A DNA stretch of 61,827 bases, the filler included, from Sanchytrium tribonematis (Eukaryota): NCBI GenBank assembly GCA_018985235.1. It is 12 parts of 12 records of this genome, joined end to end, with 100 filler letters (N's around TTAATTAATTAA, not from the genome) between each part and the next. Parts side by side here need not be neighbours in the genome. Positions count along the whole stretch, not along the records: positions 1 to 22,354 come from JADGIG010000083.1; positions 22,455 to 25,991 come from JADGIG010000851.1; 10 more parts are not named here. One strand, given 5' to 3'. Each line of letters begins with the position of its first letter. The stretch's first letter is position 1. Shown here one piece after another: positions 10,675 to 23,868 of the stretch. Position numbers and translations under genes: made by a program. A model generated the notes under the pieces. That model saw nothing but the letters and a program-made list of their open reading frames with translations, searched no databases and was not told where the DNA came from.

Positions 10675-11664
10675 ACTCGTCATTATTGATTCTTCTTTTG
10701 TTTTGAATAAATTTTCGGCATTCTTAAAAGTCATAATGCTTAGTTCTTCTACTGAGATATTTTTTAATTGAGCGACGACTAGAAGAACCTTTATGATGTG
10801 GCAAGGCTCGCTTCTGTCCTTAATCATTTTCCCATAAGCAAATTTATCAGGTTTTGACACTACAAAATTTGAATCAAAAATAAAATCAGGAAATTTGTAT
10901 TCATCAAACACTCGTACAGGGCTCAATTTCGCCAATTCACCGTATTTGTTTTCTATCAAATTGAAGGAGGCATGACTTTTTTTGATTGAGCACCAAGGGC
11001 AGTCACTCTCTAGCAACAATTTTTCAAGAGGGATGACTTTAACGACGTCTAGGTTTTCTTCGGTTTTCAGCGAACATCCATTAACACCGATGTACAAACC
11101 CATGTCCACCAATTCTAACATCTCCGATTTGGTTCCGGTGAATGAATGAACTACACCACCCTTAAGAAATCTGATGTGTTTTTTTAATATTTTTATAAAA
11201 TCAGATGTGGAAGCGCGATTGTGCAAAAATAGTGGCAAGCTGAATTCCTTTGCCAGTTCCAATTGCATCTCAAATCCTCTTATCTGCGTCATTTTATCGC
11301 AAAACTCTAGTCTGTCATAGTCTAGACCCATTTCACCCAATGCCACTACTTTCTTGTCCGCAATTCCTTGTCGTATCAAGATTCTCATCCTGTTAATGTA
11401 GTCGTGTTTTTGTATTTCTGAAGATCTTGTAGGATGGCACCCCACCGTACTATAAAGCCCTTGATGCTTTTTTGCAATTTTGTATGCATTTCTGCTGTCT
11501 TCCAAATCACCTCCAGTAATAAGTTGACATTCCACACCTGCAGCTAATGCTCTCAACAAAACATTGTCAAGATCATCGTCGTGCTTTCTTTTCCCTCTAT
11601 ATATCCCGTTGAACATCATGTCCGTTAAGTTAGAACCAATCTCAAAGACCCGCAATCGTTTCAT
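10669..11664 (-). CDS. TATDN1: TatD family DNase (TATDN1-like)
   Basis: NLTDMMFNGIYRG..KH, STVGCHPT, GEMGLDYDRL, LFLHNR, VVHSFTG, LESDCPWC. Confidence 0.93.
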   Translation of the reverse strand: MKRLRVFEIGSNLTDMMFNGIYRGKRKHDDDLDNVLLRALAAGVECQLITGGDLEDSRNAYKIAKKHQGLYSTVGCHPTRSSEIQKHDYINRMRILIRQGIADKKVVALGEMGLDYDRLEFCDKMTQIRGFEMQLELAKEFSLPLFLHNRASTSDFIKILKKHIRFLKGGVVHSFTGTKSEMLELVDMGLYIGVNGCSLKTEENLDVVKVIPLEKLLLESDCPWCSIKKSHASFNLIENKYGELAKLSPVRVFDEYKFPDFIFDSNFVVSKPDKFAYGKMIKDRSEPCHIIKVLLVVAQLKNISVEELSIMTFKNAENLFKTKEESIMTSL

Positions 11665-11687
11665 TGTCAAATCAGAGTTTAAGATAT

Positions 11688-14394
11688 TTATTTGTCAAAT
11701 GGATTGTCAATTGACTCTGGAACTGGTCTCTCTTTCGTTGGATCTGTCAGTTCAAATGCTTTAGCACTTTGGTGGGCTTTTAACTCAAACAGTTCTTCTT
11801 TAGTTCCTGGCTGCAAGTCTTCCAATAATTGAATTCCGATGAGACCACTCACAGATTTCAAAGGTTGATATCTACTATTTTTGGCAATTTCGACATGTTT
11901 GACCTGTTGGGGAGTAACTCGGTGTAAGTTTTCCAGCTCAGAAAATTCAGGTTCATCCTCAACAATTTGAGATACCTCTTCGTTGTCTTCTTCAATGGGT
12001 TGGTCCTATATAAGTAGTGAATACGACTTCCATTGGGGAATTTACATTTGACTCTCTTCGCTTTTTGTCTTCTCTTGCCTTGTGTTTCTGGCTAACGGAT
12101 AACACTGCTGTCTTAATTTTATGATCGTCCTTTTTAGTTGGTTCTTTTGAACTAGGAGGATAATCGAACAAAGACGGTTTACATTTTGAAAGAATCTTAA
12201 ATTTTGGTATCTGAAGGTCTTTGTTTAAACCTATAAAAGCTGTTGGTGTAAAAGATAAAGAGAGAAACATAGTCAAGGGGTACCAATACCAATATTGCGT
12301 AAAGAGAGCCATTCCAACAATAGCAGACATATTCGAGTGGCCTGATCTTGACTGAAGACTAATGGTTGTATTTCTACCACCAGCATTTAAGATACCTTGT
12401 GCTAAAACTGCTCCAAATTTAGCCATGCTATTTTCACGCTTATCATTAGTGATTTTTTCGAAAAGCTTGACAACCTCCTCGTATTTTGGATTCTTTGAGT
12501 TTTGCTGCATCAAAATCATCCCTAAAGCAATTAAGGCGCCCTGTCTCACAAAATCAATTGAATCTTTTAATATTGGCATCAAAAGATCAATTGCTTTTTC
12601 GCTTCCGGTACCTGCGCATACAATACCAAGTGCAAGACACGATCCATAACGAACATTAGGATTATAACTTTCGGCCAATAATGATATGACTTCTGGAAAT
12701 GATTCTGGCTGCTTAAACATAAGAAAGCCTAAAGCAATGACAGCTGCCCTTCTAACGTCATCATTGACATCACTAACAGCAATGTGCAGTAGATGCTTGA
12801 CTGCCTTATTATCTGCAGTGCCAGCGTAAGCCATTCCAGTTGTAAAGGCACCAGAATATCTAAGAATTGGGTCCTTATCTTTTAGTAATTTCTCTATTGT
12901 TGCATCAGCAGCTTGCTCTCTACCATACATTATAAGTGCAATACCAACTGCAATACCTCTAATAATTTTTTCGTGTTGAGTGTCATGTGCATACTGAATA
13001 AGTTCATCTACTATTTTCTCCTTTCCACATCCAAGCATTAGCAAACCTATTGCTATAGCTGCAGCTTCACCTGCAATGGCAGAATCGCTAAATAATACCG
13101 ATCTTAAATCATTATAAACGCCTTCATCATTTGAGGCCATAAGTGCAAGACCTAAACCAAGGCAAGCACCATGCTGTAAAATATCATTCTGAGACTTTAA
13201 TTCTTTTCTAATTATTTCGCTAACATCTTTTCCGTGTTTAGCATGAATCAATCCGAGTGCGTAAAGTGATCCTGCTTCGCTATGAGACTGTGTGCTCACA
13301 CTTTCTTGTGGCAAATAAGGCTCTAAAATTTTAAGAGAGTTGCCAATTTGACCTTTATGTATCACACCAAGTGCGGCTGTGGCTGTAAATTTTGACCAAT
13401 TATTAGCTCTTGACAGCCATTCCAGGTTTTCCCTTAAAAATTGGTCATAAGTAGTTCCTGCAAACATAAATGCATTAGAAACACTCAAAGCGGTGTGGTG
13501 AATGGAATTTCTTGCGTCTAGAGAATCTTTTACGTTCTTGAGTATTTGTAAATCTCCTTTGTTGTTTCTGTACATAAATTCCAAGTAAAAAGACAAGCTC
13601 TTCTTCCCATTAAGAATATCTTTTAAGCTAGTGAAGGGAGATTCGATATCCATATCTGATTCGGGTACTGGTATCTCTTGCATCACTTTGTTAAGCAAAA
13701 ACTGGGAAGCTTCTTGTTCTAAGTCGAACGCGATTTGATATGCAGTAAGCAGGTCGTTTTCTTCAATTAATTTTATCAAAAGCTTGGATAATTCTAATGG
13801 TTTGTCTAAATGTAAATAACATTGAACTGCAGGAAAATAATCCTTGTTTGCCACAAATTCTAGCACAAGAAGCTCAAGAATCTTGTTTCTAAAATTGATA
13901 TCAGAGTCAAGTAATATTTCGAATATAATACCAAGAAACTCTTTGCCTTTTTCCACACAGCGTTTAACTAAAGATAAATTCTGAGCTTGAACAGCCATTC
14001 CTACTACTAACTCGACATATCCACTCTTAAAAGCATCGGCAATGATTTTCTCGATCATTTCGTTGAGAAGAGGATCTATCGATTGCTCGGTTTTACTCTG
14101 GGCAACAAAAGTCTCAACTGCGTTTTGAATGACGCTTTTGACATATAAGGACTGTTCATTAAGATTGGATTTGAGAGCATATTTCAACACTAGGTCAGGA
14201 ACTCCCAAATGAAAATAGATCTTTGAAATTAAGAGGGCCAAGTCATCATTTTTCGACGAAAGATACATCTTTTCTAAATTTGGAAGATGATCAGCCAATT
14301 CACTCCAGTATTGGTCTACCTGAGAATGTAACTCTTGAAGCGCGAATGGTGCGCAAGAATTTTCATTCAAAAGTGCAACTAGTCCAGCTGACAT
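11688..14394 (-). CDS. RPN2: 26S proteasome regulatory subunit Rpn2, 2 exons
   Basis: NWSKFTATAALGVIHKG, LHIAVSDVNDDVRRAAV, FTQYWYWYPL; the second exon, missed by the ORF track, encodes ELENLHRVTPQQ. Confidence 0.96.
12006..12024 (-). other. 19-nt spliceosomal intron
   Basis: GTATTCACTACTTATATAG; joins to an open exon of about 105 codons with the Rpn2 C-terminal motif. Confidence 0.9.
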
Positions 14395-14450
14395 GTTACA
14401 AAAATTAATTTGCAATTACAATTTCAAAACAAAAAATTGTTCCGTTTATT

Positions 14451-16746
14451 TTACAATTTTGTGACTAGACCATCCGCAACAAAAACTTTGTTGTTATCCA
14501 TCAAAGCATTCAAATAGAACGAAATTTCGTCCCTTGAAAAATCACTCAAGTCGCTGTATGAACGATCTTTCAAATTTTTAACGGCCTCAAAAAAATCACT
14601 CTCTGGCATTTGCTCGCTATCTGCAAGAAAAGTGCTAATCATCTCAGTGAAAATCTCCAATCTAAATAAGTTAAGTATACCTTTCATATGATTCGGCATC
14701 TTCCGGGGCAGCAGCACCAGTAGAAGGCTTGTCTTTGCTTCTGGTTTTGTGAACAATTTCTTTTTCTTGTTCATCCAAATCCATTGCATCATTATCATCA
14801 TCGTTGTCATCACCACTATCAATATCGTCATCATCTGAAGCAGCCTGCTCTTGTTTTACCTTTTTAGTGGGCCTATGTTTTACTACTTCCTTAAAAAGTG
14901 ATAATTTTAGCATTTTAAATGCAGCCTCGGCATCCTTCTTATTTATAGTGTTCGAAAGTCTAGCTTTTGCAAAAGCTGTCGATAAACGAATCATAGTTTC
15001 TAAAGAACGAACAGTAACTGGTAATGTTTTCTTTTGGTTATAATTTGAATTTCTTAGATTTCCATATTTTTGAGTTATATATCTTGCAGCTTCATCCGAA
15101 AGAATCGGTTTAATGACTGAGCGAGCGTACCAAATATACTTCTTTAAAAATTCGCTGGACAAAACACGTACACCATTGACAGTAATAATGGATTCAACAA
15201 TTTCATCTTGGTTGTCTTTTGGCTCCATCATATAGTTCAAAGGCGTATCTTCCATCACCTGGCCCACTTCGTATTGGTCTGGGACAAATCTTCTGTTCTT
15301 TAAAACATGCGTTGCCAAATGGCTATCATGGACCTCATTAGGGCGATCAAGCATGATAAATAGCAAATCAAATCGACTCAGCAAACTATCAGGCAAATGT
15401 ATGTTTCGAGCAGGATCAATGCTTTCATCATAAAGCCCATATACAGGATTGGCAGCGGCAATCATTGAACAACGTGCATTTAAGGTGACGCATATTCCAG
15501 CTTTAGCAATTGTAATCGACTGTTGTTCCATCACTTCATGTATCGCTACTCTGTCAATATCGCTCATTTTGTCAAATTCGTCTAATAAAACATGTCCTTG
15601 ATCAGCTAAGACGCAAGCACCAGCCTCCAACGTTTTCTCACCGCTTTCCTGATCGTGCGATACCGCAGCTGTAAGACCAACTCCAGAGGCTCCTCTACCA
15701 GTGGTTGACACGCTCAATGGGGCAACTTTAGTTAGATATCGAAGCAATTGAGATTTTCCCACACTGGGATCCCCTACCATAAGTACGTTAATTGATCCTC
15801 TTAATCTTCCACCCTGGTTTAAATGTTTTTCAACTCCTCCTAATAAGCTCAAAAGCAAACCTTTTTTGACAATTTCATTTCCATAGATCGAAGGAGCAAT
15901 ACTTCTACTTAGCAATTCAACTACGTTTTTTTCTTCAGCAACCAATCGCTTCATTTCACTGATCTCGTCGGGCGACACTTTGGTAGAACTGGCAGTCTTA
16001 TTTAACAAATTGATATGCACCGCTACAATAGCCTTTTTAAAATTCCCCATCTTACCACCCATTGTGCGGTAGAATCCTACCACTTGAATTCTGTCACCAG
16101 GTTTTACACTATCACAGAGATGTCCAGATAACATCACATCGATAGACCTTGGAAGTTGACCAGCTGGCGTTAATTCCGGAATTTCTTGCACTATTAAAAA
16201 TTGGTGGTTTTCATATTGTGATAATCCCGGTTGCAGTTCCAACGCATCCCCAAATTTGTCATGCGTTGGAAGTGTAGTTGAAGTGGCAACTTCGTCATTG
16301 ATTCCATTCCCATCGTTGTACAATTTTTCAACTCTATTATTGTTAGAAGATATCTGCAAGCTTTTTTTCAACTTTGGCTTGGTTAATGCAGATTTGGTGA
16401 CAATGCAATCAACACAAACCATTTTGTTCAGTAAATTGCTACGTAATCCACGAGGTGTGACATGATGATCGGCCATTATTCCCATTAAGCCTACCATTTT
16501 CTTTTCGACTCCATAATTTGATGCAGATTCGTCCACTGCTCTACATAAGGATGGGTAGTATAAGACGGGTTGATTTAAAATCCCGTCCACAAGAACGTGA
16601 TTGTACTGTCTTAAATGTTCAAATGAGATAACTAAGGACTTTAGGTCTTTGTTTTGCAAACGGTCATTGTAAGTTCCCATTGGAAATGGTTGTTCTAAAA
16701 ATCTCACAAATTCCTGGTAAATTACATCACTTGCTTGTTCTTGCAT
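14451..16746 (-). CDS. MCM3: Replication licensing factor Mcm3, 2 exons
   Basis: PAGQLPRSIDV, GDPSVGKSQLLR, DEFDKMSDIDRVAIHEVMEQQ, LPDSLLSRFDL; C-terminal exon via intron 14662-14680. Confidence 0.95.
14662..14680 (-). other. 19-nt spliceosomal intron
   Basis: GTATACTTAACTTATTTAG; removal gives YER|LEIFTEM ending NNKVFVADGLV. Confidence 0.88.
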
Positions 16747-16857
16747 GTCTCAAGATGGCGACAACGAGGATAAAAAAATATACAAGATTTTTTATTTTTT
16801 AACAGCTAATATAAATTTAGACAATATAATTGCGCAACCACACACCAAAAAGAATAA

Positions 16858-17175
16858 TTATTCTTTAGAAGCTCCCAATCCAGTGTATTCCTGAGAATCA
16901 AATTTTTTCTTATCAAGTCTCACCTTTTTCGAAATGCCCAATTCGGCGTTCATCAATTCGGTTTCAAGTTTCTTCTGCTTTTTCTTTTTCTTTTTATCAA
17001 GTTTGTCCTGTTTTTCTTTGGAATACCATAGTAAATCTTTCCCTCTCCGAGTTGTAGTCTGTCTAGATGAAACTCCTAAATAATGCTCTCGTTCCGCATA
17101 TTCCACATTATCCCATTTAAATTGGTCTCGTCCGCCTCTAACGTTACTAGAGACTGCAAATTTATTTTCCTTCAT
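16858..17175 (-). CDS. MMTAG2-like protein
   Basis: RGGRDQFKWDNV...HYLG...GKDLLWYSK. Confidence 0.8.
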   Translation of the reverse strand: MKENKFAVSSNVRGGRDQFKWDNVEYAEREHYLGVSSRQTTTRRGKDLLWYSKEKQDKLDKKKKKKQKKLETELMNAELGISKKVRLDKKKFDSQEYTGLGASKE

Positions 17176-17197
17176 TTGTTTGTTTCAGGGAGAAACA

Positions 17198-18055
17198 TCA
17201 GTCCATAATATTCAGCTCTCCAACCAGAATTTTTCCATCAAGAGAACAACTGATTAGGTTGCTGTCACTTATAAGCACCTGGGTCACGGAATCTACATGT
17301 CCGCCCAATGTATATATTAACTCCTGAGAGACTATTTCAAAAATATTCACATTTCCGACTGCGGTTCCACAAGCAACATAATGTCCACCATCACTTAAAT
17401 ACGGCCTAATAGAATTAAGTGTCAAGTTATTCATTGGATTATCGAAAACTGTTAAAAGCTTACAGCTTCCGCTATTTTCAACATTCCACAACTTAATGGT
17501 ATTATCAAGACTAGAACTGACCAGATGATTGTTGTTAAAGTGCAAGCCCAATATAGCATTATTATGTCCCACAGAATCAATTGATTTAAGCTGCCTTACA
17601 TCGTAAATTGTGATTTTACCGCTGGCATCACCAGCATAAATAAATTTGTCAAATTCTAGAGCCAAGATTTGAGAATTTGTTTTGATTTTATGTTCAAATG
17701 TTTTTGAACGCGAATCCCACAAAATCAAATTTTTATCATTTCCGCCACTTGCAATTAAATGGTCTTGACTTGCACAACCAAGTACAAAATTTTCATGGCC
17801 CTTGAAAGTTCGGATATGGTCACCTTCTATAGCCCAAAGTTTAAGCGTCATATCGGCCGAACTAGTCAATACTCTAGTTTCAATGTCATTTACAAAGCAA
17901 ATATCAGTTATTGCGTTATGATGAAATGTTTCTGCGAAAAAGATTTTTTGTTGATAATCAAACCAAAGAATTCCTCCGTTTTGCCTGCCAGACACCATTA
18001 CATCCCCATTATGTGCCATAGCGGTGACTGGATTTTGCAAGTCTATGGAATACAT
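17198..18055 (-). CDS. WD40-repeat protein (possibly U5 snRNP 40K-like)
   Basis: Multiple GH...WD repeats; LIYTLGGHVDSV near the C-terminus. Confidence 0.8.
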   Translation of the reverse strand: MYSIDLQNPVTAMAHNGDVMVSGRQNGGILWFDYQQKIFFAETFHHNAITDICFVNDIETRVLTSSADMTLKLWAIEGDHIRTFKGHENFVLGCASQDHLIASGGNDKNLILWDSRSKTFEHKIKTNSQILALEFDKFIYAGDASGKITIYDVRQLKSIDSVGHNNAILGLHFNNNHLVSSSLDNTIKLWNVENSGSCKLLTVFDNPMNNLTLNSIRPYLSDGGHYVACGTAVGNVNIFEIVSQELIYTLGGHVDSVTQVLISDSNLISCSLDGKILVGELNIMD

Positions 18056-18381
18056 TTCAAGGGGACAATATTCATTTTTACGCTTTAAATTAATTCTTTA
18101 AAGAAATATTTATCAATAAAGAAGACGCAAATCAATTACAATACTCAATTATGACTAATATTGAGATTGGCAACGTTCTAACAATAAATTGAAATTGTTT
18201 TGAACTCGAGGCTGAAAACAAATATGGATTAATAAAATAGTTCTATCTATATTGAGCATTTGATCACGTGTGTCGCAATTTAATTGCTGTAACATGGATA
18301 TCCTGAAATCTAAATCAAGGAGCATTTTAGATATCCCGCTTCTGGTGTAACCTCTATCTGTTGATTGATAACCCTTGCGAC

Positions 18382-19741
18382 ATGGGAAAACAGATATTGA
18401 TAACCGCGATTGCAACAATCGGTGGATTTGTTTTTGGTAGTGATATTGGTCTTGTGAGTAAGATCCAAACATATCATTCCTTTAAAAAATTATTTCATTT
18501 ATCGACTGCTCAATTGGGTTTAATGGTGGCAATATTTTTATTAGGGTGTATGTTGTCCAGTTTAGGTTCGTCTTATCTGGCGGAAGCTTATGGTAGGAAG
18601 AAGTCAATCATAATTGGTGCTATTATTTTTACAGTTGGTATTGTGACTCAAATGTCTGCAGTCTCTGGCGTGAATGTTTTGATGTTAGGAAGGTTTTTTA
18701 CAGGTTTGGCTGTTGGAATTTTATCGACTATTGTGCCCATGTATTTATCCGAAGTGTCTGATCCAGAACAGCGAGGAATGTTGGTTAGTTGTCAGCAATT
18801 GGCAATTACTTTAGGAATTTTGGTTTCATTTCTTGCTGCTATGTGGACCGAGAATGTTAGTTTTTTTGGCATGGATGATTGGCAATCTGCAATTAGTTTG
18901 CAACTTGTCCCGGCTGCACTTCTTTTTGGTGGTATGTTGACACTGCCCGCTAGTCCAAGATGGCTTTTGTCCAAGCGACGACATGAAGATGCTAAAATCG
19001 CACTCTCAAAATTGAGAGGTACGAATTTCGCAAATGTAGAAGGGGAATATTATAAATTGAAATCTGACTCAGAAGCAGAAACTGAGCAGCTTTCCTGGGG
19101 TGCTGCTTTAAGTCAGTACAGAAGCAGAATCCTTATTGGAATCGTCATTCAAATGTTTCAACAGATATCTGGTATAAATGGCTTAATGTATTACAGCACT
19201 AAAATGTATACTCAGTTGCTGCCCGACTATGTTGACACTCTAGCTGCAGCTCAAAATATTTTGAACGTCGTTGCAACAATTCCTGCTTTATTTTTAGTCG
19301 ATAGACTTGGTCGTCGATCTCTGTTATTGGCAGGTAGTGCTGGTTGTGCTATTGGACTATTTATGACAGCAACTTCCATGTTGCTCCCGACACCTTATCC
19401 AGTTGTCGCAGTTATAGGAATATTTATTTTTGTTATTAATTTTGCTTATGCTATTGGCCCGCTTCCATGGGTATTTTATTTTAATTTAGGTTGTGTGCTC
19501 CGAAATTTTTCCGTCCTGCATTCGTTCAAAAGCAGTCGCAGCTAGTACAGCCTCGAACTGGATTTTTAATTTGATTGTTTCCTTTTCAGCTCCTATTTTA
19601 CTTGACTCTATCGGGCCTTACACATTTTATATTTTTAGCGGTGCTTGTTTAATTATGTACTTTTGGGTTCTAAGAACACTTCCGGAAACTAAAGGACTTA
19701 CGTTGGAACAAGTTGATAAATTATTATCAAAAGGGAAATAA
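18382..19741 (+). CDS. MFS sugar porter, 2 exons
   Basis: GGFVFGSDIG, YGRKKS, PASPRWL, QQISGIN, DRLGRR, spliced GPLPW|VVCSEIFP, PETKGLTLE. Confidence 0.95.
19471..19489 (+). other. 19-nt spliceosomal intron
   Basis: GTATTTTATTTTAATTTAG; removal restores PLPWVVCSEIFP. Confidence 0.93.
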
Positions 19742-21031
19742 ATTTTTAATTCTTTTATTGATTTTTCTATTATTTCTCGCAGTTCATGATAGGACACAAT
19801 TAGTAAATTCCTTTCGTCTCTTGACATTAGCAAAATTTTATCCATGCTCCCAGAATCAAGCTAAATGAAGCAACATTACCTTGTTCAAATGAAAAAGTAG
19901 ATGATAAACGTCTAAAACTGGTTGCCCATGAGCGTCAACTTGGTGAAATAGGAAGTCGCGAAACAATTTTAGCAAATAATTTCCGCCATTCTCAGCCCAT
20001 CTCTCTGAATTCTTGTAATTAGATCTTTCATTTATAACACCTAATTTGAAGAGCACATTTGCAACTCTTTTACTCTCTTCTAACTTTGCAATCTGATCTT
20101 GATGGTTATTTATAATATTCGCTTGCAAATTTATTGTGCTGTACATATATGGGGCCGCTATATTGAGAATTTCGTCAATGCTGCGAAAATTGCCTTTAAC
20201 ACATTTACCTACAATATCCTTAATCCAAGTTTCTTTAATTTTATTTAACATTTCTGGTATATATTCAAGAAAGGGAATACTTTCATTAATAATCTGTAAA
20301 ATCATGAATCCAAATTGTATTAAATCATTTCTTTGCATTATATCAGTTGGTTTGTCAAAAATAATAGGGCCAATGCCGATTCCTCCTATTTTTATTAAAC
20401 CACTTTTGGTAGCAAATATTTTATATGGGTGGAGACAGCCTCCAAAATAAAGTTTTTTGCTGTGTACTTCTTTTATGCAACATAAAATTTGAAGTATAAT
20501 TTGTTGTATATGTATTTTTCTGGAAAATAAAGAATAGCCTTCGCAGAATTCATAAACCATATTCAAAGTGTAGGTATTATTGTTTATAGTAGTAAATCCT
20601 TCTTTAAGTTCTAAGCAAAAGCCACTTATTTTTGTACAATAAATTTGTGATTTGGCTACTCTTTCACCAATTGACTTTTCAATTTTGAGCTTATGGATAG
20701 CACATATTGATCCATTTACATAACTGTAATCTACTGCTGTGGGAGTTGTAAAGACTCCATTATCTTCTTCATAGCTATAAATCGTTTGACCGTAATGACC
20801 TACTTCAAATAAGACGGTCTCAAAATCAGTCAGATCATTGGAGTAATCATATTGTATCTCTTTCATAGGTGTCCGTAATGTAGGGATTATATTTTCGTCT
20901 ACATTCTGATACATTTTAAAGTGCTCAAATTTTGTTTCAAAATAATTTAATATTGGCTTCATTTGATTTAGCGAGTGTGGAAATTTCGATAGTATTATCC
21001 CACTGGGGAAGTATTTTAAAGAGCCCACCAT
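19627..21031 (-). CDS. PAN3: PAN3 deadenylase subunit (pseudokinase + knob), 2 exons
   Basis: KLGVINER...WAENGGNYLLKLFRDFLFHQVD; spliced HLNK|LDSG...LMSRDE..LLIVSY. Confidence 0.88.
19861..19879 (-). other. 19-nt spliceosomal intron
   Basis: GTAATGTTGCTTCATTTAG; removal restores LNKLDSG. Confidence 0.92.
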
Positions 21032-21070
21032 GTTTTTAAAAATATAAACTAAAATTGCGGGGAAGGGATT

Positions 21071-22354
21071 ATGCAGTTGAAGCAGAAGAATAAAAAGCAC
21101 AAAACCAAAGGTAAATTTCAAAACACAAAGCATAATGTCAGCAAGTCAAATACTGTTGATAAAAAGCTATTGTTCAAAGACACTTTTGCTAGATTGCAGA
21201 ATATTAAACTAATTGGATATGTCGGAAGCACTAACGAATTTAAGTTAGAAGACTTAAAAATCGCAGCTGAAAAGCATGGTCTATTCCTTATTCATCCAGA
21301 ATACAACATATTGGACTATATTCAGATCTGTGATTACCTTATTGTACTAGATGTCGAAAATGATCTTAAACAATTAATAACTCATCAAGGTCATTCCAAT
21401 ATGTACTACTTTGGTCCCAAATCTAAAGAGAAACTTGGGAAGCACTGCCCTACGATTAAATTTTTAATGCAAAGTATTATCTCATCTGTTCCAAAATCTC
21501 ATTCGTATCTCAAAGATCGAGGTTATTGTGTCGTAGAAAATGTCAATTACAAAGCGGATGAAGAGATTTTAGAGTTGCAAGGTCTTTGTAGAGGACCGTG
21601 GAAAGCTGATCAATTATGCCATATTCCAAATTGTGGTGAATTTGAAATTTCAAATATTCGAACTTACGAAAGAAATGGAAATCAAATGATAGAAGACAAA
21701 ATTTTGGATCAAAGAACTGAAAACGGGGACCAAGTCATATATTTTAATGATTCTGTTAATGAAATGGATGACGTTAACATGGAGTTAATAGATTCGAAAG
21801 TAGTCAACACCGATGAAATGGAAGAAGATTCTGTTTCGTTTGATGAAGAAGAAGAGGAAGTAGTTCAAGATATGGAGTACAAGGATGGACTTACCGAAAC
21901 TGAAAGAAAATTGGAATACGATGAATTTCTCGAACGCACGAAACAGGAATTTGTAGACCAAACTGAATTTCCTGATGAAGAAAATGTGCCACTGGGCGTA
22001 CCAGCCCGAGAGTTATACAAAAATTTCAGAGGCCTTGAGTCCTTCAAAACAAGTCCCTGGAATCCATATGAGAATCTTCCAAGCGACTACCACCAACTTT
22101 TTGAATTTAAAGGGTTCAAGTTATTGAAAGCCAAGTTAAAAAAAGATCTGCAACTTGCTTTGGTGAAGGATCAATTTGTCACAATTTCCATAAAATTTCC
22201 CCAAAATTTGCTAGCTGGTTTGAAAGACAAGCTAGTTATCTGGAATCTTTGGCCCATGGAAACCAAAGTCACTACGGTCAATTTATCAATTTTACCGTGT
22301 CTTTCATACGACCCTGAATCCTTTCCTGTTAAAAGTGGTGATGAGATTATCGTG
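21071..22354 (+). CDS. TSR1: Pre-40S ribosome biogenesis factor Tsr1 (3'-partial)
   Basis: LKQKNKKHKT, QLCHIPNCGEF, EFPDE...PARE..KNFRGLESFKTSPWNPYENLP. Confidence 0.9.
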
Positions 22355-22454
22355 NNNNNNNNNNNNNNNNNNNNNNNNNNNNNNNNNNNNNNNNNNNNTT
22401 AATTAATTAANNNNNNNNNNNNNNNNNNNNNNNNNNNNNNNNNNNNNNNNNNNN
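22355..22454. other. Artificial contig linker
   Basis: N44-TTAATTAATTAA-N44 (stop codons in all six frames). Confidence 0.98.
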
Positions 22455-23507
22455 TGGACGATGGATCATTTTTTGACTTTGGAAATGGAGAAACTCAAGA
22501 AAATAGATCAGCATGTACTTGGTGCCGTGTCTGGGGGTGTTGATTCGACTGTAGCAGCTGTATTAATGAGCAAAGCATTGGGTGATAAATTTCACGCCAT
22601 CTTCGTAGACAATGGTTTATTGCGTAAAAACGAGGTCAATCAAGTCAAATTGATATTTGAACATGCTAAAATCAATCTTACTGTCGTAGATGCTCAAAAG
22701 CAATTTCTAGATTTGCTTCAAAATGTGTCTGACCCTGAAAAGAAGCGTAAATTAATTGGAAATGAATTCATCAGAGTATTTGAGAAAGAGGCAGAACGTA
22801 TCACTCAATCCATCCAACAAGAGAATGGAAATGTCAAATATCTTTTACAGGGCACGCTTTACCCGGATGTCATTGAAAGTATTTCTTACAAGGGGCCCTC
22901 CGCGACCATCAAATCGCATCACAATGTCGGTGGGCTGTTAAAAGACATGAAATTGCAATTGATAGAGCCATTGCGTGAGCTGTTTAAAGGTAAGTTTGAT
23001 TTCAAGATGCATGTAACTTTTGTTCTTCAGCAATCCTGACGACAATTTAGTACTGAAATAATCACTCATGTAGATGAAGTACGCGCATTAGGAGAAGTAT
23101 TAGGTCTCCCCAAATCCACCATATATCGCCATCCCTTCCCTGGCCCTGGATTAGCCATCAGATGCCTTGGAAATGTCAATCCTGCCCAATTAGAAATACT
23201 GAGAAATGCAGATGATATTTTCATCCAAGAGCTCCATAAGAATGACCTCTATTCGACCACGGCTCAGGCATTTTGCGTATTACTCCCAGTTTCAAGTGTG
23301 GGTGTCATGGGTGACGTGCGCACGTACGAGCAAACCATTTGTCTCCGCGCTGTTAAAACCACAGATTACATGACTGCAGAAGTCTCATTTTTTGATCCCC
23401 AATTTCTCACAAAAGTGATGAATCGCATTATAAATGAAGTAGATGGCGTCAATCGGGTTGTTTTTGATATTACAAGCAAACCGCCAGGCACCATTGAGTG
23501 GGAATAA
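22455..23507 (+). CDS. GUA1: GMP synthase (5'-partial), intron 22990-23073
   Basis: [28 protein letters not shown], spliced [29 protein letters not shown]. Confidence 0.96.
22990..23073 (+). other. 84-nt spliceosomal intron
   Basis: GTAAGT...CTCATGTAG; removal restores LRELFKDEVRALG. Confidence 0.92.
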
Positions 23508-23868
23508 GTGAGGGGTTCGTAAATATAATAAATTTATTCTTTGATGGCTTTGACAAGGTGGTGAACAGTCAGAAGGTAAAAAACAAAGCAACACCATAAT
23601 TTTGTTGTTTTGTCAGTTTTCCTTCAAAATGACGAGTAGACTTTAAAAATGGAATCAATTTGGTTTTTTGATGATCGTTGCATTGCGCAGTGTTCCAATC
23701 TCTTAAGTCCCATATAGTTGAATATATGGCAGTATACATCCTATTTTGATACATGTTTCAGCACCACTGCATTTGAATTTACAATTTAATCTCATTTCTT
23801 CATTTGATTTAAAATGAGCTATCTCATGACTGAAATGATGCAATGGCAAATCAATTCAATTGACAAGA

